This document shows positions 1-11,230 of a DNA stretch of 64,000 nt, in pieces (positions within the stretch are counted from its first letter, which is position 1; the number at the start of each line of letters is the position of its first letter). This DNA comes from an uncultured Methanosarcinaceae archaeon (GTDB lineage Archaea > Halobacteriota > Methanosarcinia > Methanosarcinales > Methanosarcinaceae). The stretch lies in contig CAWJYV010000008.1 of the NCBI GenBank assembly GCA_963847185.1, positions 32,001-96,000 on the forward strand, in the 5' to 3' direction. The position numbers and the translations under genes were made by a program. The notes under the pieces were generated by a model that was given only the letters and a program-made list of their open reading frames with translations, ran no database searches and had not been told where the DNA came from.

Positions 1-47
1 TTAATTCTGAAAAGTCAGAAATGTGAAAAGTAGACAGAGGAATTCAT

Positions 48-791
48 ATAGTAAAAATTGTACATCTTTCAGACATTCATTTCTCAGAGGCTTACTATGT
101 CCCTGAGATTGCAGATTCAATGCTTCAAAATATAAACCGGAGTTATCCTGATATTGTAATCATTACCGGCGACCTGACAGAGAATGGACTTGCAGCAGAG
201 TACAATGGGGCAAAGAACTTCATTGACAGAATAGAATGTAAAAACAAGGTAATAGTTCCGGGAAACCATGATTCCAAAAATGCCGGTTACCTTTTCTTTG
301 AGGATATTTTCAAATCCAGATCGACCTTCGGGCACTTTGGTGAAGTAACTGTTGTAGGGCTTGATTCTTCTCAGCCTGATCTTGAAGAGGGACACATAGG
401 AAGGGAAAATTATGACTGGATAGGGAAGGCTTTCTCAGGAAACGGTTTCAAAGTTTTTGCCCTGCACCATCATCTTATCCCGATTCCCAGGACTGGCAGA
501 GGAAATAATGTACTTGTAGATGCAGGAGACGTTCTGGAACTTCTGGATCGCTCAGGTGTAAATCTCGTCCTTTGCGGGCACTGGCATATTCCATGGTTCT
601 GGAGATTAAACAACATGCTTGTTGTCAGTGCGGGAACTGTCTGTTCTTCTAAAATCCGTGGAAAGACCTCTCAGTGTTACAACCTGATAGAACTTGATGC
701 GCCAGAACCCGAATCTAAGCGCTGGCATATACGAATTCACAGAGTTTTCTCAAAAGGAGAAAAAGAACGGGTTGTCGATTGTATGATATGA
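48..791 (+). CDS. Calcineurin-like metallophosphoesterase (Icc/CpdA-like); start probably ATA at 48, first ATG at 120
   Basis: Motifs TGDLT, VPGNHD, LHHH and CGHWH in the ORF; the first motif KIVHLSDIH lies in frame upstream of ATG120, and an in-frame TGA at 24-26 bounds the frame. Confidence 0.85.
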   Translation: MVKIVHLSDIHFSEAYYVPEIADSMLQNINRSYPDIVIITGDLTENGLAAEYNGAKNFIDRIECKNKVIVPGNHDSKNAGYLFFEDIFKSRSTFGHFGEVTVVGLDSSQPDLEEGHIGRENYDWIGKAFSGNGFKVFALHHHLIPIPRTGRGNNVLVDAGDVLELLDRSGVNLVLCGHWHIPWFWRLNNMLVVSAGTVCSSKIRGKTSQCYNLIELDAPEPESKRWHIRIHRVFSKGEKERVVDCMI

Positions 792-1119
792 GCGCTTAGT
801 TGATCGCATGATATAATACATATAAAAGATTAGTTCTGAAGAATGAATCAATTACTAAGAGGATCTTTTCAGGACATATTATCTACAGTAGTAAAAATAT
901 GCAAATCAGCTAATTCTGGTGAAAATTAGAATTCCTTTCTTCTTTTTATTACTCATCTTCTTTTTGAAGACTATTTTCTTTTCGATTTAATTTTTCTTCA
1001 TCCAGTGAACAAGTTTTTATTTATGTTCAGTTACTTCCTTCAATCAGGATTATTATTTTTATCTAATACTATTCTATTCTGGGAATTGAATATTTAGTCA
1101 GGAGTAAGGAGTAAAGACA

Positions 1120-2406
1120 ATGCGAAGGGACTATATAGATATCGGCTACAGCCCGAAAGACACGGATCTGGTCTGTGAATTCCACATCGAACCGACAGCA
1201 GGAGTGAATTTTGAGGAAGCTGCAACTCATATGGCAGGAGAAAGCTCTATAGATTCCTGGACTGAAATTGCCACGCTGAGTCCAGAGCTTGCAGAGAAAC
1301 TGAAGCCTCATGTCTTTTACGTGGATGAAAACGCACAGACCGTAAGGGTAGCTTATTCAGAAGACCTTTTTGAGCTGGGCTCGGTTCCGCAGGTTCTCAG
1401 TGCAGTTGCAGGAAATATCCTGAGCATGAAAATCGTTGACAACCTCAGGCTTCAGGATATTGCTTTCCCGAAATCAATGCTTCGAGAGTTCAAAGGTCCC
1501 AAATTCGGTCTGTCGGGTATCAGAGAACTGGTTGGCGTGCAGGATAGGCCTCTTATAGGGACTATTGTAAAGCCGAAAGTTGGGTTAAATTCCGAAAAAC
1601 ATGCTGAAGTTGCTTACAATTCCTTTGCAGGCGGCTGCGACCTCGTTAAAGATGACGAAAACCTTACGGACCAGAAATTTAACAGCTTTGAAAAAAGAGC
1701 CGAACTGACTCTCAAGCTCGCAGAAAAGGCAGAGTCTGAAACAGGAGAGCGCAAAATGTACCTCTGCAACATTACAGCCGCTACATGTAAAGAGATGACC
1801 CGGCGCCTGAATGTTCTCAAAGATCTAGGTGCAAGTTATGCAATGATTGATGTTGTACCTGCAGGCTGGACTGCCCTTCAGACCCTTCGGGAAGAATCTG
1901 AGGATGCGGGACTGGTTCTTCATGCCCACCGTTGTATGCACTCAGCTTACACCCGAAATCCCCGTCATGGTATAAGTATGGTCGTTGTTGCCAAGCTCTG
2001 CAGACTCATCGGGCTTGACCAGCTCCATATAGGCACAGTTGTCGGAAAGATGCATGGAGAAAAGCATGAGGTTCTAACTCTTCGCGACGAGTGTGTGCTT
2101 GATAAAGTCCCTGCTGATGAAAGCCAGCACACCCTGTTCCAGGACTGGGGAGGATTAAAGCCTATGTTCCCGGTCGCATCCGGAGGACTTGCTCCCACAA
2201 TGATTCCTGACCTTTACTCTATCTTCGGAAAAGATGTTATTATGCAGTTCGGCGGCGGAATCCATGCTCATCCCATGGGTACGGCAGCCGGAGCCACTGC
2301 CTGCAGGCAGGCCCTTGATGCAACCCTTGAAGGAACCACTCTGCAAGACTACGCAAAAAACCACAAAGAACTTGAAGTTGCTCTTGGTAAATGGTTGAAG
2401 AAATAA
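1120..2406 (+). CDS. rbcL: Form III ribulose-1,5-bisphosphate carboxylase
   Basis: GTIVKPKVG, catalytic DLVKDDENL, HAHR, ASGG and GGGIHAHP motifs; 428 aa. Confidence 0.95.
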   Translation: MRRDYIDIGYSPKDTDLVCEFHIEPTAGVNFEEAATHMAGESSIDSWTEIATLSPELAEKLKPHVFYVDENAQTVRVAYSEDLFELGSVPQVLSAVAGNILSMKIVDNLRLQDIAFPKSMLREFKGPKFGLSGIRELVGVQDRPLIGTIVKPKVGLNSEKHAEVAYNSFAGGCDLVKDDENLTDQKFNSFEKRAELTLKLAEKAESETGERKMYLCNITAATCKEMTRRLNVLKDLGASYAMIDVVPAGWTALQTLREESEDAGLVLHAHRCMHSAYTRNPRHGISMVVVAKLCRLIGLDQLHIGTVVGKMHGEKHEVLTLRDECVLDKVPADESQHTLFQDWGGLKPMFPVASGGLAPTMIPDLYSIFGKDVIMQFGGGIHAHPMGTAAGATACRQALDATLEGTTLQDYAKNHKELEVALGKWLKK

Positions 2407-2503
2407 TGGCTTAAAACGGCTAAAAGTAGCTCAAAATGGTTGAAGAAATAAGCTACAAAAATCAGGAAAAAGAAAATAACAATCCTAAAGGGGTTCATCT
2501 CCA

Positions 2504-3595
2504 GTGCAGGCAGAAAACGGAAATAAGATAGAAACCAGGATTTTTCGGATTTCCGAAGAAAACTTTGAAGCCATTCTTAATGAGGCGGCAGCAATAATAA
2601 GGAGTGGCGGAACTGTAGCTTTTCCCACGGAAACCGTTTACGGGCTTGGAGCCAATGGCCTGAACCCCGAGACGGTCCGAAAAATTTTCGAGGCAAAAGA
2701 GCGTCCTCCGGGAAACCCTCTTAGTTTGCTTGTCCATTCCAGGGAAGACGTTGAGAAAGTTGCAAAAAATATCCCCGAGCAAGCTTTGAAGCTTATGGAA
2801 GCCTTCTGGCCAGGACCCCTTACAATTATTCTGGAGAAAAAAGATACTGTTCCTGAGATAACTTCAGGAAATCTGCAGTCAATAGGATTACGCATGCCTG
2901 ACCATTTAATTCCTCTTGAGCTTGTAAAAAGGGCAGGAACACCCCTTGCCACTCCAAGCGCAAACCTTTCAGGAAAGCCCAGTCCCAGCCTTGCAGCCCA
3001 TGTAATAGCTGACCTTGATGGCAGAATCGATGCAATTATTGACGGAGGGGAAGCAGTCATAGGACTTGAGTCAACTGTTATTGATATGACTGTCGAACCT
3101 CCTGTTGTGCTCAGACCGGGAGCTGTAGGGATTGAAGAACTTGAAAGAGTTATAGGGAAGATCAGGTCAGGATACAAACAAGGCAAAGCCGGTGCTGATG
3201 AAGTCCAGCTGGAAAAAAAGGCAGGTCAGAAATATGGGCACTATATTCCTGACACAAAGGTAGTACTTGTGGAAGGAGAAAATAAGGCAGTTTCGGAAAA
3301 GATTGTCGAGCTACTTGAAAAAAGCAGGAGTGAAGGGAAGAAAGTAGGACTCCTGCTTAGTGAAGAGACTGCAAGTCTTCTTGCTTTTAAAGGGCCTGGC
3401 GTAGAAGAATATTTTTTATTAGGATCCAGGGAAGAACCGAAAGTGGCTGCCAGAAAACTTTTTGAAGGGCTCAGGGATCTGGACATGAAAGGGTTGGATA
3501 TAATAATAGCTGATGGCTCTTTCAACCGTTCAGGACTTGGGGATGCGCTCATTAACAGGTTGAGAGAGGCATCGTCAATAAGATTTGTTGTTTAG
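2504..3595 (+). CDS. sua5: Threonylcarbamoyl-AMP synthase Sua5 (YrdC + SUA5 domains)
   Basis: VAFPTETVYGLGA, KERP, PSANLSG and STVID motifs plus C-terminal LFEGLRDLD/NRL domain. Confidence 0.93.
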   Translation: MQAENGNKIETRIFRISEENFEAILNEAAAIIRSGGTVAFPTETVYGLGANGLNPETVRKIFEAKERPPGNPLSLLVHSREDVEKVAKNIPEQALKLMEAFWPGPLTIILEKKDTVPEITSGNLQSIGLRMPDHLIPLELVKRAGTPLATPSANLSGKPSPSLAAHVIADLDGRIDAIIDGGEAVIGLESTVIDMTVEPPVVLRPGAVGIEELERVIGKIRSGYKQGKAGADEVQLEKKAGQKYGHYIPDTKVVLVEGENKAVSEKIVELLEKSRSEGKKVGLLLSEETASLLAFKGPGVEEYFLLGSREEPKVAARKLFEGLRDLDMKGLDIIIADGSFNRSGLGDALINRLREASSIRFVV

Positions 3596-3671
3596 GTTTA
3601 ATGTAAAAAGTGAAGAAAGTTTGATCAAACACTTGAGAGGGATGTTTTTGAAGGCAGAGAAAAAGGATAAT

Positions 3672-3881
3672 ATGGTAAAAATGAGAGCTTATAAAAAAGT
3701 CATTAACCAGAACAAGAGAATAAACAAAATTAATCTTGTAGTTCTGGCTGCAGGCCTACTTTTGATGGTTCTGGGCGTGGAAAAAGTAGGAAATTATCTT
3801 CTTTGGGTTGGCATGTTTGTCTTTTTCATAACTGCTCTCTCAGGTATCTTTGCCTCAGGATCTTTTCGCAAGCAAAGATAA
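3672..3881 (+). CDS. Small membrane protein with two TM helices
   Basis: ATG after AAGGA; basic N-terminus followed by two hydrophobic segments. Confidence 0.65.
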   Translation: MVKMRAYKKVINQNKRINKINLVVLAAGLLLMVLGVEKVGNYLLWVGMFVFFITALSGIFASGSFRKQR

Positions 3882-3926
3882 TCAGGTTTTCTATTGTTTT
3901 ATTATTCTGTTAAAAGGGTCTTTTAA

Positions 3927-6900
3927 ATGGGCGAAACGATTGCAAGCAAGGAAATGCATGAATATTTCAATGAACTTGAAACAAGGCTCAAAGAGGCAAT
4001 TGAAATTGCAAACAGAGCTCGGGCTCGTGGAGGAGACCCAAAGCCTATTGTAGAAATCCCCCTTGCCAAGGATCTTGCAGATAGGGTTGAAAATCTCATA
4101 GGGGTGGAAGGAGTTGCTGTAAAGATCCGAGAACTTGAAACTAAGATGTCCAGGGAAGAAGCTGCTCTTGAGATCGGGCGTCTAATAGCTGAAGGAGAAG
4201 TAGGAAGCTTCAGCTCAAAAAAGGATGCGGTTGAGGCTGCAATCCGGGTTTCCATGGCTGTCATTACAGAAGGAGTGGTTGCAGCTCCTATTGAAGGAAT
4301 TGACAAGGTTGAACTGGGTAAAAACGACGACAGTTCTCAATATATCCGAATTTTCTATTCCGGGCCCATCCGGAGTGCAGGAGGGACCGCCCAGGCTCTC
4401 TCCGTGCTTGTTGGCGACTATGTAAGGCGTGGAATAGGGATTGACCGTTATAAACCAAGACCGGAAGAGGTAGAGCGTTATGTGGAAGAAATCCTGCTTT
4501 ACAAGAGAGTTGCAAGCCTGCAATACACTCCCTCTGAAGATGAAATCCGTTTGATAGTTCAGAATTGTCCTGTCTGCATAGATGGGGATCCTACTGAGGA
4601 AGCTGAGGTTGAAGGACATAGGGATCTGGAAAGAATCGGGACAAACCGTGTAAGAGGAGGAATGTGCCTTGTACTTGCTGAAGGGCTTGCCCTCAAAGCC
4701 CCCAAAGTAAAGAAACATGTTAACAAGCTGAAAATGGACGGTTGGGAGTGGCTGGAAACGCTTATAGGAGGGGCAAAAAGCGAAGGGGATGAGGAAAACG
4801 AGCAGAAAAACAAAATCAAGCCAAAGGATAAGTACATAAGAGACCTGATTGCAGGAAGGCCTGTTTTTTCCCATCCCTCCAGGCCTGGAGGATTCAGGCT
4901 TCGCTACGGACGCTCAAGAAATACATCTTTTGCGGCTGCAGGAGTCAATCCTTCTACCATGGTCTTGCTTGACGATTTTATTAGTAATGGAACTCAGCTC
5001 AAGGTTGAAAGACCTGGAAAAGCTGCAGCCATGTCTGCCGTTGATTCGATAGAGGGGCCGACTGTCCGCCTCTGTTCCGGAGATCTTGTCCGTGTAGATA
5101 ATATAAAGGAAGCCTACGAAATTCGCCCTCAAGTAGAAGCAATAGTGGATATCGGAGAAATCCTGATCAATTACGGGGATTTCCTTGAAAACAACCATCC
5201 TCTTATGCCTTCGCCTTATGTTTTTGAATGGTGGCATTATGATTATGAGGCAGCCTGCCCCGAGAAAATATCTGACCAGGAACTGAAAAACCCCTCACCA
5301 GCCCTGGCTCTCAGGCTTGCAGAGGAATTTAACGTGCCCTTGCATCCTAAATTTAACTATCTCTGGCATGATATAAACCGAAGCGAATTTGAGACTCTAA
5401 GGAAATTCGTAGCTGAGAACGGAAATTTTTCTACTGAGGATGGAATTCTCAGACTACCATTGGAAGCTTGCCTGAAAGAGGGTATCAAATATACACTTGA
5501 AAAACTCCTTGTACTGCACAGAGTAAAAGATGACACAATCTGTATAGGTGAGTCTCTACCTTTCATTTTCTGCCTTGGGCTTGATGCGAATCTGAAAGAA
5601 AAGGCTCAGATGCCTGATACTGATAATATGGTGGATGCTGCGGCTTTTCTCAGTGGGTTTAAGGTTTTTCCCAGGGCTCCTTCTAGAATAGGAGCAAGGA
5701 TGGGAAGGCCGGAAAAAGCTGACCTTCGAAAAATGACCCCTGCAGCTCAGGTTTTATTTCCTATTAACAATGCCGGGGGAATTACGCGTAACCTTGTATC
5801 AGCTTCCGAGTACACAGCTTCCATGAATGGAAAGATCGGAGAAATTGAAGTGGAAATGGGAGTCAGGGAATGTCCTGCGTGCAGGAAAGAAACTTACTTC
5901 TGGCGCTGTGAATGCGGAGAATATACTCAGCCCAAACTTTCCTGTCTCCGCTGCAAGATAGACGTAAGAGGAGCTGCGACCTGTCCCAAGTGCGGGAGAA
6001 AACCGACCTCAGTTGCAAATGTCAAACTGGATTTCCGTTCCATTTACAAGCATGCCTTTGAGAATGTAGGGGAAAGGGAAAAAATGAATTTGATCAAAGG
6101 TGTAAAAAGGCTCATGAACGGGCAGATGACTCCCGAACCTCTTGAAAAAGGAATCCTGCGAGCAAAACACGATGTTTATATTTTTAAGGATGGAACTATC
6201 CGCTATGATATGTCAGATATCCCACTTACTCATATAAGGGCTGATGAACTTGGGATTACGGCAGCCAAGCTCATGGAACTCGGCTATCTGGAAGATATTT
6301 ATGGTAATCCCCTCGAGAGGGATGATCAGGTTGTCTGCCTGAAGGTTCAGGATCTTGTGATTTCTTACGGCGGGGGAGAGTATATGCTGAGGACGGCAAA
6401 ATACGTGGACGATCTGCTTGTGAAGTATTATAAGGTTGAGCCTTATTACAACGCCGAAACAATTCAGGATCTGGTAGGTGTATTGCTCATAGGGCTTGCT
6501 CCTCATACCTCTGCAGGAGTACTCGGGCGTCTTATTGGGTTTACAAAAGCTTCAGTCGGTTATGCTCATCCTTTTTTCCATGCTTCAAAACGTAGGAACT
6601 GTGATGGAGATGAAGACTGCATAATGCTCCTTATGGATGGAATCCTTAATTTTTCGAGATCTTACCTTCCAGATAAAAGAGGAGGGAAAATGGATGCTCC
6701 TCTTGTACTCACAACCAGAATCGATCCCAAAGAAGTGGACAAGGAAGCGCATAATATAGATGTACCTGCAAGGTATCCTCTTGAGTTTTACAAGGCCACT
6801 CAGGAAATCAAAAACCCAACTGAACTTGAAAGTATTATGGATCTTGTCAGTGGTCGGCTTGGAACTCCGGAACAGTATGAGCATTTCATGTTCACACATG

Positions 6901-7367
6901 ACACCACTGATATCGCTGCAGGCCCTCTCAAATCCTCATACAAGACGTTGGGAAGTATGATTGATAAAATGGAAGCTCAGCTTTCCCTGGCTAACAAGAT
7001 AAGGGCTGTAGATGCTCCTGACGTTGCTGAAAGGGTCCTAAAATCTCATTTCCTTCCTGACCTTCTGGGAAACCTCCGTTCTTTTTCCAGACAGCGAATG
7101 CGCTGTATCAAATGCGGGGAGAAATTCAGGCGTCCCCCTTTAACCGGTGCTTGCCCTAAGTGCGGAGGTAATGTGGTGCTGACCGTGCACGAGGGAGCTG
7201 TTCGTAAGTATCTTGAAATTTCTAAAGAGATTGGGGAAAGATACGGAGTTTCCAGCTACACCAGACAGAGGATTGAACTTCTGGATAAAGATATATGCTC
7301 TCTCTTTGAAAACCACAAAATCAAGCAGATGGGACTTTCGGATTTCATGTCTGGATCTGCGCGCTGA
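3927..7367 (+). CDS. polC: DNA polymerase D large subunit DP2 (no intein)
   Basis: GPIRSAGGT, catalytic RRNCDGDED, Zn-finger Cys clusters; 1146 aa. Confidence 0.97.
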   Translation: MGETIASKEMHEYFNELETRLKEAIEIANRARARGGDPKPIVEIPLAKDLADRVENLIGVEGVAVKIRELETKMSREEAALEIGRLIAEGEVGSFSSKKDAVEAAIRVSMAVITEGVVAAPIEGIDKVELGKNDDSSQYIRIFYSGPIRSAGGTAQALSVLVGDYVRRGIGIDRYKPRPEEVERYVEEILLYKRVASLQYTPSEDEIRLIVQNCPVCIDGDPTEEAEVEGHRDLERIGTNRVRGGMCLVLAEGLALKAPKVKKHVNKLKMDGWEWLETLIGGAKSEGDEENEQKNKIKPKDKYIRDLIAGRPVFSHPSRPGGFRLRYGRSRNTSFAAAGVNPSTMVLLDDFISNGTQLKVERPGKAAAMSAVDSIEGPTVRLCSGDLVRVDNIKEAYEIRPQVEAIVDIGEILINYGDFLENNHPLMPSPYVFEWWHYDYEAACPEKISDQELKNPSPALALRLAEEFNVPLHPKFNYLWHDINRSEFETLRKFVAENGNFSTEDGILRLPLEACLKEGIKYTLEKLLVLHRVKDDTICIGESLPFIFCLGLDANLKEKAQMPDTDNMVDAAAFLSGFKVFPRAPSRIGARMGRPEKADLRKMTPAAQVLFPINNAGGITRNLVSASEYTASMNGKIGEIEVEMGVRECPACRKETYFWRCECGEYTQPKLSCLRCKIDVRGAATCPKCGRKPTSVANVKLDFRSIYKHAFENVGEREKMNLIKGVKRLMNGQMTPEPLEKGILRAKHDVYIFKDGTIRYDMSDIPLTHIRADELGITAAKLMELGYLEDIYGNPLERDDQVVCLKVQDLVISYGGGEYMLRTAKYVDDLLVKYYKVEPYYNAETIQDLVGVLLIGLAPHTSAGVLGRLIGFTKASVGYAHPFFHASKRRNCDGDEDCIMLLMDGILNFSRSYLPDKRGGKMDAPLVLTTRIDPKEVDKEAHNIDVPARYPLEFYKATQEIKNPTELESIMDLVSGRLGTPEQYEHFMFTHDTTDIAAGPLKSSYKTLGSMIDKMEAQLSLANKIRAVDAPDVAERVLKSHFLPDLLGNLRSFSRQRMRCIKCGEKFRRPPLTGACPKCGGNVVLTVHEGAVRKYLEISKEIGERYGVSSYTRQRIELLDKDICSLFENHKIKQMGLSDFMSGSAR

Positions 7368-7727
7368 AAAAAATAAAAAAGAATATAAAGAGTCTCAAAA
7401 AAATTACTCTGAAGGGTGGAAAGTAGATAGGGCGTTTTGGAAGTCAAAATATAAGAATTATTTTTTATATATATTCTGAATTTTTCATTTAAAGCCTTAA
7501 TTTCCTTATGGAAAAGTAGCAATTCTAGTATGAACTTTCTCTAAAAGGCAAAACTTTCTCCTATCCAAATTAATAATTTTCTGTTTATTTTCCTTGGTAA
7601 TTATATAACCACACTCTTATTTATATGGTATCTGTTTGATTATCTGTATCTTTAGATAAATTAATTTTTTAATTAAGTTTGGGCTTTTTCAGCACTGTGC
7701 CTGAAATTTTTTGGTTATGGACTTATT

Positions 7728-8963
7728 TCATTCCAGAGGCAGTCCCAGTGAGTTGATTTGTTCTATCAATTCAGTAAAGTTTTCGATCTCGAGTTCCAGA
7801 ACTTCTTCTCTGGTCATGCCTATTGACATTTCTCCATCCACAGATAAACGTTCTGGGCCCCTGCGAACTAGCCTATCAATCCCATCTCTTTTAAGAGCTT
7901 CCTTAAGTTCCATATCATGGGCAAAGGCCCTTCCAGGAATGAAAACAGTTTCATCTACTTCTGAGAGGTCGAGTGTCTTAAAATCATCTATCGTTATGAG
8001 GCATCCAATATCTTTTTTAGGGGAAACAACATTTACAGAACCTCCAAGAGCATCAAAGATTTCCTTCATTCTTGGAGCTGCTACCTGGCCTGTGATAATA
8101 GTGGCCTTTTTTGTGATTTTTGGAAGCTTTGCAAGGGCTTCAGGAACGTTTCTGATTGCAAAAGGAGAGCCAATTAGGGGATCTTCAAGAGGAGTACCTG
8201 TGATCCTAAGGGAGGGATGCTTTGCTGCTGAACTGCGTACGAGCTCTGTGAATTCTTGAACGGTATGCGGAATTATTCCTGGAATTATTGGGGAATTATT
8301 CAGAATCAGTCCGTTTTCCGGAAAATTTGCAAATCTCATAAAGATAGCTCCTTTTGCACCCATAGTTTCCAGGTCATTAAGGGTTTTTTCAAGAGCTCCT
8401 CCATCATTTACTCCAGGGATTAGTACGATTGCTCCATAAACTTCACAATGGGTACAGAAATCTCGGAGAACCTGCAGAGAAGCTTCAGGCTCCGGATCTT
8501 TCATGTATTCAGCTCTTAAATCCGGATCAGTTGAAAAGACAGTAAAGCTTACTTCTGTTACTCCACGGTCTATATAGAAAAGAGCATCATCTGGCTTGCT
8601 AAAACCTTTTCCACTTGTATACCCCAGATGTATTGGAGTCTTGAACTGAGACAAAAAAGCAACAAGATTTTTCAGCTCGGGATAACAGCTTAAGTCGCCT
8701 CCTCCGCTGATAGTGAATTTGTCTATCTCTCCAGTTACAAAATAGAGTTTGTTTGCAGCTTCTTCAAGTACCGTTTGAATGGGCTTGAAACCTGAATATG
8801 ATTCCTTTACACTGCGGGTACAGTAGTCACATCCTTTTTTGAAAGGAAGACAATGCTTGCAGCCCAGAGGCTGAGTGTCTTTCACCCTTTTGAAATAGCA
8901 ATATTTACAAAAACCTCTGCAGTCTACCCCGGGGTTTCCACCTACATCGACAACTACTTCCAT
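7728..8963 (-). CDS. mmp10: Methanogenesis marker 10, radical SAM MCR arginine C-methyltransferase
   Basis: CRGFCKYC radical-SAM-type motif, second cluster CKHC...CDYC, divergent from mcrB; 411 aa. Confidence 0.93.
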   Translation of the reverse strand: MEVVVDVGGNPGVDCRGFCKYCYFKRVKDTQPLGCKHCLPFKKGCDYCTRSVKESYSGFKPIQTVLEEAANKLYFVTGEIDKFTISGGGDLSCYPELKNLVAFLSQFKTPIHLGYTSGKGFSKPDDALFYIDRGVTEVSFTVFSTDPDLRAEYMKDPEPEASLQVLRDFCTHCEVYGAIVLIPGVNDGGALEKTLNDLETMGAKGAIFMRFANFPENGLILNNSPIIPGIIPHTVQEFTELVRSSAAKHPSLRITGTPLEDPLIGSPFAIRNVPEALAKLPKITKKATIITGQVAAPRMKEIFDALGGSVNVVSPKKDIGCLITIDDFKTLDLSEVDETVFIPGRAFAHDMELKEALKRDGIDRLVRRGPERLSVDGEMSIGMTREEVLELEIENFTELIEQINSLGLPLE

Positions 8964-9233
8964 ATTAAACTTTCGTATTATTTAGGATATTACTAAATCT
9001 TTTTGGTTTAATCTCATATCTGAAACTAACATTTAATAAAAATTACCTCCTTTTTCCGGTTTTCTCAGGAGAAAATTTCATTCAGTATTACTGTATATTT
9101 TTGACGTCTTTGAATATCCCCCAAATTCCATTTTTTCTATTGGTATTGTTTTTTAATATATTAATAAAAAAATAGATTTCACCTTAATAAATTATGTTTT
9201 AAAAAAATGTACCAATTCCTCTAGCGGAGAACA

Positions 9234-9382
9234 CAAAAGATTTAAGTACCTTCTAAACGAATGAGAATTCATTGGGAAAGTGGACACTGAAAAACAACGC
9301 GGTACTTGATTATTGAGTGCAAAAGCACTCGAGTAGGTGACCAGTCCCAAAATGATGTTAATAAATTAAGGAGGAAATTAAA
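9234..9382 (+). promoter_or_regulatory. mcrB promoter (BRE/TATA AAAAGATTTAAGTA) and ~110-nt 5' leader with GGAGG RBS
   Basis: Matches the Methanosarcina PmcrB sequence as I recall it (AAAAGATTTAAGTACCTTCTAAACGAATGAG...GACCAGTCCCAAAATGAT...AAATTAAGGAGGAAATT). Confidence 0.85.
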
Positions 9383-10687
9383 GTGTCTGACACAGTAGAC
9401 ATCTACGACGACAGAGGAAAACTGCTTGAGAGCAATGTCGACATCATGAACCTTGCTCCAACAAGAAACGCAGCAATTAAAAAGATTATCATGGACACCA
9501 AAAGGTCCGTTGCAGTCTCCCTCGCAGGTATTCAGGGTGCACTTGCCAACGGCAAGATGGGCGGAAAAGGCCGTCAGATCTTAGGCCGTGGACTCAACTA
9601 CGATATTGTAGGAAACGCTGAAGCAATTGCAGAAAGCGTTAAGAATTATGTCCAGGTTGACGAAGGTGACGATACCGAAGTAAAAATCCTTAAGGGCGGA
9701 AAGAGCCTTCTCATTCAGGCTCCAGCATCCAGAATGATCGCTGGTGCTGACTTTATGGCCTCCAGCACTGTCGGTGCAGCAGCAGTTACTCAGACCATCA
9801 TTGACATGTTCAAAACCGACATGTATGATGCACCTATCGTAAAGGGTGCTGTCTGGGGAAGCTACCCACAGACAATGGATCTTATGGGTGGACAGGTTCA
9901 GAGCATTCTCAGCATCCCCCAGAACAACGAAGGTCTTGGTTTCTCCCTCAGAAACATCATGGCAAACCACGTTGCAGCAATTGCCAACAGGAATGCAATG
10001 AACGCATCAGCTCTCTCCTCTATCTATGAGCAGGCTGGTATCTTTGAGATGGGTGGCGCAGTCGGTATGTTCGAGAGGCATCAGCTCCTCGGTCTCGCAT
10101 GCCAGGGTCTCAACGCCAACAATGTGCTATACGATGTTGTAAAGGAAAATGGTAAAAACGGTACCATCGGAACTGTTATCGAATCTATCGTTAGCAGGGC
10201 AATTGAAGCTGGTGTCATTTCCGTTGACAAGACCGCTCCCTCTGGATACAAGTTCTATAAGGCAAACGACGTCCCCATGTGGAATGCCTTTACAGCAGTT
10301 GGTACCCTTGCAGCCACTCTCGTAAACTGTGGTGCAGGACGTGCAGCTCAGAACGTTTCCTCAACACTTCTCTACTTCAACGACATCCTTGAGAAGGAAA
10401 CCGGTCTCCCAGGATGCGACTACGGTAAAGTACAGGGTACCGCAGTAGGATTCTCATTCTTCAGCCACTCCATTTATGGTGGCGGTGGACCTGGTGTCTT
10501 CAACGGTAACCACGTCGTTACCAGGCACTCAAGAGGCTTTGCAATCCCCTGCGTTTGCGCAGCAGTAGCCCTTGATGCAGGCACCCAGATGTTCACAATC
10601 GAATCAACATCCGGTCTCATAGGCGACGTGTTCGGTTCAATACCAGAATTCCGCGAGCCGATTAAAGCAGTTGCAGGAGCGCTCTAA
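9383..10687 (+). CDS. mcrB: Methyl-coenzyme M reductase beta subunit
   Basis: SDTVDIYDDRG N-terminus, FFSHSIYGGGGPG; GTG start. Confidence 0.99.
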   Translation: MSDTVDIYDDRGKLLESNVDIMNLAPTRNAAIKKIIMDTKRSVAVSLAGIQGALANGKMGGKGRQILGRGLNYDIVGNAEAIAESVKNYVQVDEGDDTEVKILKGGKSLLIQAPASRMIAGADFMASSTVGAAAVTQTIIDMFKTDMYDAPIVKGAVWGSYPQTMDLMGGQVQSILSIPQNNEGLGFSLRNIMANHVAAIANRNAMNASALSSIYEQAGIFEMGGAVGMFERHQLLGLACQGLNANNVLYDVVKENGKNGTIGTVIESIVSRAIEAGVISVDKTAPSGYKFYKANDVPMWNAFTAVGTLAATLVNCGAGRAAQNVSSTLLYFNDILEKETGLPGCDYGKVQGTAVGFSFFSHSIYGGGGPGVFNGNHVVTRHSRGFAIPCVCAAVALDAGTQMFTIESTSGLIGDVFGSIPEFREPIKAVAGAL

Positions 10688-10711
10688 ACACATAAATTAA
10701 AAGGTCTAAAG

Positions 10712-11224
10712 ATGTCAGACTCTGCTTCAAATACAGAAGATTCAATTCAAATCGAAATCTTTCCCAGTAGAATCCTGTCCCCTGAAACAGCTCAGAAACT
10801 CATGGCTGAAATCTACAAGGTGGACGGGATAATCCGCGTTATGGTGCAGGGCAACAGACTGCCAGATAAGGTGGGTTACGGCCCTGGCACCGGGGAAAAA
10901 GTGGAACATCCGCTAAGGAAACCTATTCAGATCGGAGATCAGGTTATTGAACTGAAGATCAGCGTAGGCAGGATCAGGATTGAACTTTCAAACGCCGAAG
11001 CTAAAGAAAAAGTCAGGGAAGTATGTGAAAAAACGCTCCCATTCCCATTTGAATTCAGGGAAGGACATTTCCTCCGGAAAAAGCCTACTGTAACTGACTA
11101 TGCCAAACTTGGTCCTGAAGCAGATCCTCGCTTACTTGGTATGGTAGATCCTAAAGCCAAAATAGATCAAATCGTCTTTGTCGAGAAACAAGAGAAGAAA
11201 GAGAAAAAGGACGAAGATGAGTGA
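10712..11224 (+). CDS. mcrD: MCR operon protein D
   Basis: QIEIFPSRIL, GPGTGEKVEHP, PTVTDYAK; position in operon. Confidence 0.96.
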   Translation: MSDSASNTEDSIQIEIFPSRILSPETAQKLMAEIYKVDGIIRVMVQGNRLPDKVGYGPGTGEKVEHPLRKPIQIGDQVIELKISVGRIRIELSNAEAKEKVREVCEKTLPFPFEFREGHFLRKKPTVTDYAKLGPEADPRLLGMVDPKAKIDQIVFVEKQEKKEKKDEDE

Positions 11225-11230
11225 AAAAGT

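Noticed and set aside
1120-2406. RuBisCO as a novel carbon-fixation system
   Set aside because: Form III RuBisCO is well known in Methanosarcina; no partner genes adjacent
3593-3601. Pyl read-through at the sua5 TAG stop
   Set aside because: An in-frame TAA follows two codons later and the domain is already complete
3927-7367. Intein in PolD DP2
   Set aside because: Normal length and uninterrupted [10 protein letters not shown] region
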